Shown: positions 63,701 to 64,000 of the stretch, piece by piece
Numbering within the stretch: the first letter of the stretch is position 1
Layout of the letters: each line of letters starts with the position of its first letter
Origin: Mizuhopecten yessoensis
Taxonomy: Eukaryota
Direction of reading: 5' to 3'
Assembly (NCBI RefSeq): GCF_002113885.1
Contig: NW_018480077.1
Coordinates: 1,277,930 to 1,341,929 of the forward strand
DNA length: 64,000 nucleotides
Notes under the pieces: model-generated
What the model was told of the DNA's origin: nothing
What the model saw: only the letters and a program-made list of their open reading frames with translations
Database searches by the model: none
Program-made: the position numbers and the translations under genes

Positions 63701-63786
63701 GTGTCCCATTCTTCGTTGAAACCTTTCCATCGAATTAGATATTCCAGTGTGGTATCATTCACTCGTCTATCTAAAGCATGCTCAAC
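57789..63786 (-). CDS. CDYL: Chromodomain Y-like protein (chromodomain, Lys-rich linker, crotonase/enoyl-CoA hydratase domain); first exon lies outside the window
   Basis: complement(join(57789..57953,58364..58507,59401..59611,60150..60313,60856..61259,62187..63786)), with a possible extra exon 61849..61914. Motifs VEHALDRR..EYLIRWKGFNEEWDTWEPLENL, FRYKDIVVKK, NVFCQGLDL, FPKPIVAVVTGPAVGLG..LPLCDVV, QTPEG, ANELLIAGRKITA.EAC.LGLVSQVFWP. Confidence 0.92.
58237..58351. repeat. 37-bp tandem triplication in the last CDYL intron
   Basis: AAAATCAGTATCTGTAATAATGATGATTGTCAGACAC x3. Confidence 0.9.
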
Positions 63787-64000
63787 CTAAAACAAATTAG
63801 CATGTAAAATTTAAACTCAAGCTTAGCTACCTCGGCCAAAAAAATTTATTGTCTGTTTAGGGTTCCCGACCGACCCTAGCTTTTTACCCCCGACCCAAAA
63901 CTTTTTGATGAAAAAATCCAAAAACCCGCTGATTTTCGAATTTTAAAAGGTTCCCTGCCTTCCAAAATGGCTTCCAGCTCCATGTTGGCACTAAATGTCA

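Overview
AT-rich, intron-rich animal genomic DNA. The repeat inventory (V-/CORE-/Meta-type tRNA SINEs, HINE-like elements, Penelope, CR1/L2, Tc1) suggests a mollusc, probably a bivalve; this is inference. Five spliced genes could be reconstructed by hand from GT-AG exons with consistent phases: (1) an unannotated 3-exon, 225-aa secreted precursor at 1024-2842 (+); (2) POP4/Rpp29, 12342-17900 (+); (3) KDSR, 21812-31330 (-); (4) a TRAF7-like RING/zinc-finger/coiled-coil/7xWD40 gene, 31788-45844 (+), head-to-head with KDSR; (5) a 5'-incomplete CDYL-like chromodomain/crotonase gene, 57789-63786 (-). The window also holds a decayed heptad-repeat gene (~4200-5800), two minisatellites, many MITEs and one N gap. 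Top candidate for an undescribed system: gene 1. It has a signal peptide, an anionic pro-region and an RAKR furin site, followed by a Cys-free 113-aa mature part of net charge about +25. That part is an amphipathic helix fused to a domain that resembles, by my motif recall, bacterial CdiA/Rhs/MafB C-terminal toxin (putative RNase) domains, i.e. a possible domesticated bacterial toxin used as an animal immune effector. Second candidate: two duplicated 149-nt mutually exclusive WD40 exons in the TRAF7-like gene, with an intronic element complementary to the second exon's 5' splice site.
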